From Candidatus Peregrinibacteria bacterium (GTDB lineage: Bacteria > Patescibacteriota > Gracilibacteria > UBA1369 > PNNO01): 36,691 nucleotides of DNA. The DNA lies in assembly GCA_014728955.1 (NCBI GenBank), contig WJKT01000087.1, positions 1 through 36,691 on the forward strand. The letters are read 5' to 3'. Position numbers and translations under genes: made by a program. How positions within the stretch are numbered: position 1 is the first letter of the stretch; every line of letters begins with the position of its first letter. This document shows positions 32,333 through 36,691 of the stretch, piece after piece. The notes under the pieces were generated by a model. It was not told the DNA's origin. It saw nothing but the letters and a program-made list of their open reading frames with translations, and did no database searches.

Positions 32333-33253
32333 TTAGAGTCGTATAAACATTTTTGGATTTTGAGCACGCTTGTCTTTAAACTTTTTTTGAAGCTGTTTTA
32401 TTTTATCGACCACTTCCCTAGTAAGCTGTTTATCAAATTTTTTTCGTGCAGTATCAAGCATTTCTAGAGCTTTGACGTTGTGCTTATCAACACGAAGCAG
32501 CTCTTCCAAAGCTTGCACCGCTTTTTCCCATTTATGTTTTTGCAGTAAAGTCCGAATATGTTCCATAGACTGATATGCAAAATCTTTTTTCTCGTAAGAA
32601 AGTGCTACGGTTTCTCGTTTTTCCGCCTTTTTTAGTAATTCTTTAACTTTATGAGATTCCGGATTAATGGTTAACAATGTATGCAGAAATTCCTCTATTT
32701 CTTTAAATTTATTACTTTTCAGCAATGATTGATTTTCTTTTAATTGTTGAACAATATACAAATCACGGGCTTTCTTCTCCAGCAGGCTAACTCCTTGATG
32801 ATTTGGCACTTTCATTAAAAATCGCTTTGCCTGTGTAATCGCCTCTTGATATTTTCCTTTATCGATATAGTGTTTTATCTGATCGCTATATTGTTTCACC
32901 GCTCCTTTTTGTTTTTGTACTTGCTGCTTTTTATAAAGTTTTTGAGCTTTATAAAGCTCTTTTTCAACCGGCTTGAACCCGGGAGCATACTGCTGCAATT
33001 TCTGTAATTGCTCAATGATTTCTTTATATCTCTGTTCTTTCCATAATGGAGCAAGTTTTTTTAGATCCTGTTTTACAACATCTACATTTTGCTTATATAC
33101 TTTTTTTTCAATTTTCTTTTGCAATTTCTTCAAACGAATGTTTTCAGGAAAATTTAATAAAAGCTTATTACACGAAGCATACGCTTCCTTAAGTTTTCCT
33201 TCTTGTATCAATTGTTGAATATGGACAATCCCCTGTTTTTTTTCGTTAGCCAT
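32333..33253 (-). CDS. Lys/Gln-rich helical-repeat (TPR-like) protein
   Basis: 306 aa, all-helical in composition, with four recognisable ~70-aa repeats. Each begins with a TPR-like hairpin (EGKLKEAYASCNKLLLNFPEN; KGKYQEAITQAKRFLMKVPNH; NKFKEIEEFLHTLLTINPES; HKWEKAVQALEELLRVDKHN). Function unknown. Confidence 0.6.
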   Translation of the reverse strand: MANEKKQGIVHIQQLIQEGKLKEAYASCNKLLLNFPENIRLKKLQKKIEKKVYKQNVDVVKQDLKKLAPLWKEQRYKEIIEQLQKLQQYAPGFKPVEKELYKAQKLYKKQQVQKQKGAVKQYSDQIKHYIDKGKYQEAITQAKRFLMKVPNHQGVSLLEKKARDLYIVQQLKENQSLLKSNKFKEIEEFLHTLLTINPESHKVKELLKKAEKRETVALSYEKKDFAYQSMEHIRTLLQKHKWEKAVQALEELLRVDKHNVKALEMLDTARKKFDKQLTREVVDKIKQLQKKFKDKRAQNPKMFIRL

Positions 33254-33292
33254 AATTAAAGAGTCATAGCATATACTTTATACTTTCTCCTA

Positions 33293-33301
33293 ATTATAGC
33301 A
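33293..33301 (-). promoter_or_regulatory. Putative extended -10 element upstream of the TPR-like gene
   Basis: Minus-strand TGcTATAAT (plus-strand ATTATAGCA, 33293-33301), 40 nt upstream of the ATG at 33253. Confidence 0.4.
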
Positions 33302-33323
33302 TTTTTCGGCCTAAAAATAAACG

Positions 33324-35948
33324 TTAGAGCTGCTCAAGTTGTCCTTTTATCTTCTTTAATGATTTTTCCGTTTCTTCCAATCGCTTTTTTTCTTTTTCAA
33401 CAATATCTTTTGGAGCGTTATCAATAAAACCTTTATTTTTTAACTTATGTTCTAATTGTTCTTTAAACCCTTGCAAATTTTCTTGTTCTTTCATTAAGCG
33501 CTTTTTCTCTTTTTCGATATCCACAAGCTCATTTAAAGGAAGATATACTTCGATATCAGAAACAAATACACATACCGCCTTTTCCAATTTATCTCCTTTT
33601 TCCAAAATATCAATCGATCCGATTCGCGCCATACGCCGTAATGGTGCCATGTTTTTCTTCAAAAATTCCGTATATTTACCAGCATATACAACAGCATGTA
33701 TTTTTTTCGCCGGCTCAACACTATACTGAGCACGAACACTTCTAATGTCGGAAATTATTTGGTGCAAAATTTCCATTTCCTCAACTTCCTTATCAAATAA
33801 TAATTTTTTATTAAATACCGGCCACGATTCTTCAATAAGCATTTTTTCTTCCTGCAAATGCCCCCACAATACTTCCGTTACAAACGGTACAAACGGATGC
33901 ATTAATTTAAGAACATTTTTTAAAACATATAACAAAACTACCGGATTTAAGTGTTTTCCTTTACTAAACTCAACATACCAATCACATAATTCACACCACG
34001 TAAAATTGTAATTTTTTGTTCCCGCATCCGAATATCTAAACTTTTCCATATCATTGGTAACATCTTTTATAAGATATTGGAGTTTGGTGAGAATCCATTT
34101 GTCAGCACGCGATTTAATATGTTTTTGAGGATCAAATTCTGTTGAAAACGCTTCCTCTTCAATATTCATCAATGAGAAGCGTGCAGCATTCCATATTTTA
34201 TTAACAAAGTTTCTGTATCCGGCAATTTTCTCTTCATAAAGGCGTAGATCATTCCCAGGTGTCGAACCGATCACCATACTCAAACGAAGAGCGTCGGTTC
34301 CGTACTGCTCAATCATATCAAGTGGATCGATACAGGTAGCGGGGTCTGATTTGGACATTTTTTTCCCGTCGCGAGTACGTATAAGACCATGTAAATATAC
34401 TTTTTCAAACGGAACTTCTTTCATTACATATGTTGTCATAATAATCATCCGGGCAATCCAGAAGAATAAAATGTCGTAGCCGGTTTCAAGCACAGCTGTT
34501 GGGTGGAAAAAATCAAGATCTTTTGTCTTCTCCGGCCATCCAAGTGTTGAAAACGTCCATAAACCCGATGAAAACCAGGTATCTAAAGTATCCGGATCCT
34601 GTTTTAAATTACTACTTCCGCACGTACATTTTTCAGGAGTTTCGGTAGCAACTGTTATTTCATTACAATCCTGGCAATACCACACCGGAATCTGATGACC
34701 AAACCAAATCTGACGAGAAATACACCAATCGTGCAAATTCTCCATCCAATGGAAATATGTTTTACTAAAACGTTCCGGAATAATTTCAATATCTCCATTG
34801 CGAACAACCTCAAGAGCCTTTTCCTTAATAGTCTTTTTCTTTCCGTCCTCTTTAATTACAGGTTCATCAACTGCAATAAACCACTGACGAGAAACAAGCG
34901 GCTCAATTGGAGTTTTACATCTATAACAAATTGATAAATTGTGATTAAAATCTTCCGTCTTCTCCAAAAACCCCATTTTTTCCATATCTTTCACAATCTC
35001 TTTCCGGCATTCCAAAGTCGTCATTCCTGCGTACTTCCCACAATTCCCTTTCATCTTCCCATCTTCATCGATAACAGACTTTGAGGGGAGATCATGTCTT
35101 TGGGCAATTTCAAAATCAGCAAAACTGTGAGCGGGAGTAACCTTGATTGCTCCTGTTCCAAATTCCATATCAACTTCTTTATCAGCAACAACGGTAATCT
35201 CAAAATCACCCAACACGCCAGAGATCTTGTATTCCTTCCCTATCATATCTTTATATCTTTTATCATCAGGGTGAACAGCAACAGCGGTATCCCCCAAGAT
35301 TGTTTCCGGACGCGTTGTCGCTACACGAAACGGTCCGTATTTAATCCAATAAAGTTTTTCATGCTTGTCTTTATAATCCACTTCATCATCGGCAAGAGTT
35401 GACGAACAACGAGGACACCAATTGACAATTCTATCTCCTCGGTAAATAAGTCCATCGTTAAACATTCGGACAAAAACCTCTCTAACCGCTTTAGAAAGGC
35501 CTTCATCAAGAGTATATCGTTCACGAGTCCAGTCACAGCTTGCTCCCATTTTTCTAATTTGATTTCTAATGGTACTTCGCGATCCTTTCACAAACGTATT
35601 CACTTCTTTCAAGAACTTTTTTCTTCCAAGATCATGACGTGTAATCCCCTTTTCAAGTAAATTCGTTTCAACACGATTTTGCGTTGCTATACCTGCATGA
35701 TCGGTTCCGGGAACCCACAATGCAGCATATCCTTGCATTCTTTTATATCGAATCATAATATCTTCAATAGCAAGCATTGTCGCATGACCAAGGTGTAAAA
35801 CACCAGTCGCATTGGGTGGAGGCATCGAAACCGTAAACGGTTTTTTTGACGTATCAGGCTGAGGACTGAATACTCCCGACTCCTCCCACTTCTTATAGAT
35901 GTCATCTTCATATTTTTGTGCCTCGTAGGCCTTTTCTATTTCTTTCAC
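33324..35948 (-). CDS. valS: Valyl-tRNA synthetase
   Basis: PPPNATGVLHLGHA (HIGH), KMSKS, the CP1 editing domain, and a C-terminal coiled-coil tail typical of ValRS. 874 aa. Confidence 0.96.
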   Translation of the reverse strand: MKEIEKAYEAQKYEDDIYKKWEESGVFSPQPDTSKKPFTVSMPPPNATGVLHLGHATMLAIEDIMIRYKRMQGYAALWVPGTDHAGIATQNRVETNLLEKGITRHDLGRKKFLKEVNTFVKGSRSTIRNQIRKMGASCDWTRERYTLDEGLSKAVREVFVRMFNDGLIYRGDRIVNWCPRCSSTLADDEVDYKDKHEKLYWIKYGPFRVATTRPETILGDTAVAVHPDDKRYKDMIGKEYKISGVLGDFEITVVADKEVDMEFGTGAIKVTPAHSFADFEIAQRHDLPSKSVIDEDGKMKGNCGKYAGMTTLECRKEIVKDMEKMGFLEKTEDFNHNLSICYRCKTPIEPLVSRQWFIAVDEPVIKEDGKKKTIKEKALEVVRNGDIEIIPERFSKTYFHWMENLHDWCISRQIWFGHQIPVWYCQDCNEITVATETPEKCTCGSSNLKQDPDTLDTWFSSGLWTFSTLGWPEKTKDLDFFHPTAVLETGYDILFFWIARMIIMTTYVMKEVPFEKVYLHGLIRTRDGKKMSKSDPATCIDPLDMIEQYGTDALRLSMVIGSTPGNDLRLYEEKIAGYRNFVNKIWNAARFSLMNIEEEAFSTEFDPQKHIKSRADKWILTKLQYLIKDVTNDMEKFRYSDAGTKNYNFTWCELCDWYVEFSKGKHLNPVVLLYVLKNVLKLMHPFVPFVTEVLWGHLQEEKMLIEESWPVFNKKLLFDKEVEEMEILHQIISDIRSVRAQYSVEPAKKIHAVVYAGKYTEFLKKNMAPLRRMARIGSIDILEKGDKLEKAVCVFVSDIEVYLPLNELVDIEKEKKRLMKEQENLQGFKEQLEHKLKNKGFIDNAPKDIVEKEKKRLEETEKSLKKIKGQLEQL

Positions 35949-36032
35949 AAGTACTATTGGTTATAATTACAGGCGATTGGTCTACAACGTTATATCATAA
36001 AATATACGCATACAGAAGAATAAAACGATAAA

Positions 36033-36061
36033 TTGCTAAAAACAAGATTTAATTGTATAAT
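36033..36061 (+). promoter_or_regulatory. Putative promoter for the 36082 gene
   Basis: -35 TTGCTA (36033-36038), 17-nt spacer, -10 TATAAT (36056-61) preceded by TG. It lies 21 nt upstream of ATG 36082. Confidence 0.45.
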
Positions 36062-36081
36062 AAATAGAATAATCTTTTTCC

Positions 36082-36579
36082 ATGGCCGATAAAAAAAGAA
36101 ATCCAGATACCACTATTGAAGCACAGGGGAAAACCCTGGAAAAGCGTGATATCGATCGAAAACAGGAAGAGCATGAAGTTCGTGAAACAAAAACGGCTGT
36201 AGGGATTGAAGCCGGAGACATTATTGAAGGTGCTGAGTTCACAACCGGCAACGTTAGCGAAAAAGAAAAAAAGAAAAAAGAATCATATGCCGGATCAAAT
36301 GGTCAGGCACATGGTACTCAGAAAGGATCAAAGAAAAAACCGTACCCATCAGTACAAAAAATGTCTTCTCGTGTAGAAAAGGAATTAAAAAAAGAAATCA
36401 GAGATTTAAAAAAGAAGGTAAAAACGGTTATGAAAAAAGGTGGCACTATGGATGCCGTGCAGCTTAACACGTTAATGGCCCGCTTAAGGCAACTTAAAGA
36501 GGCCCTTGCTTCACTGGCTTATGCAACCGCAGATGCTATTAAAGATATGTGGCATAAATACGTAAAAGAGAACAAATAG
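36082..36579 (+). CDS. Hypothetical Lys-rich soluble protein
   Basis: 165-aa ORF with a plausible promoter. It has a charged, low-complexity N-terminal half and a helical C-terminal ~60 aa (LNTLMARLRQLKEALASLAYATADAIKDMW). I recognise no family. Confidence 0.5.
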   Translation: MADKKRNPDTTIEAQGKTLEKRDIDRKQEEHEVRETKTAVGIEAGDIIEGAEFTTGNVSEKEKKKKESYAGSNGQAHGTQKGSKKKPYPSVQKMSSRVEKELKKEIRDLKKKVKTVMKKGGTMDAVQLNTLMARLRQLKEALASLAYATADAIKDMWHKYVKENK

Positions 36580-36584
36580 CCTTT

Positions 36585-36691
36585 TATGAAAGCTCATACA
36601 TCCTATCAAGCGCTTTTAAAGCATCTTTTTTGATATCGTCAGAAACCATCACGTGGTTTCGCACAATCCCTTTTTGTACACCCTCCAAAGC
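36585..36691 (-). CDS. 3' end of an unidentified CDS running off the window (partial)
   Basis: The minus-strand frame is open from the window edge to a TAA at 36585-36587 and reads ...ALEGVQKGIVRNHVMVSDDIKKDALKALDRMYELS*. It is too short to identify and is convergent with the 36082 gene. Confidence 0.3.

Noticed and set aside
1-36691. Alternative genetic code (UGA recoded as Gly or Trp, as in some candidate phyla).
   Set aside because: TGA terminates well-aligned genes at the expected family C-termini (for example cysS at 17299-17301, the XRE gene at 20784-20786 and the TraD-like gene at 24470-24472). No conserved protein requires read-through of an in-frame TGA.

Overview
This is a 36.7 kb, AT-rich, very tightly packed bacterial window using the standard genetic code (TGA, TAA and TAG all act as stops). 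I call 35 complete or near-complete CDS, one possible partial CDS at the right edge, and 2 tRNA genes. I found no rRNA, CRISPR array, transposase, integrase or other mobile-element gene. Housekeeping genes are tsf, ribBA, queA, ilvE, cysS, murC, glyQS, dtd, rlmN and valS. Several features suggest a streamlined Patescibacteria/CPR-like bacterium, though this is an inference from gene content, not a search result. These features are a short EF-Ts, a sigma-region-4/HARE-HTH protein, a TraD/VirD4-like ATPase without any other T4SS genes, a DUF3467-dtd pair, and convergent genes that abut with no room for terminators. The best candidate for an undescribed system is the minus-strand operon at 8400-13281. 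It encodes one 801-aa protein fusing a RimK-related ATP-grasp ligase, a retropepsin-like DSG domain and a DUF1704/MATCAP-type HExxH-QEGLA carboxypeptidase. Nine nt upstream on that strand sits a secreted PKD + 7TM membrane protein whose predicted cytoplasmic C-terminus ends in -VEEE. Together these suggest a ligate-and-trim cycle on a protein C-terminal tail. Secondary candidates are (i) a 12-TM transporter-HEAT fusion translationally coupled to a STAS protein and a membrane HAMP-PP2C phosphatase, with no partner kinase in the window. (ii) A lipid head-group cluster has an archaeal-type CDP-archaeol-synthase-like gene fused transcriptionally to a tRNA, two CDP-alcohol phosphatidyltransferases (one locally GC-rich) and an XRE/degenerate-S24 repressor, bracketed by two CAU-anticodon tRNAs. 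All functional calls come from motif recognition by eye; no database search was run.
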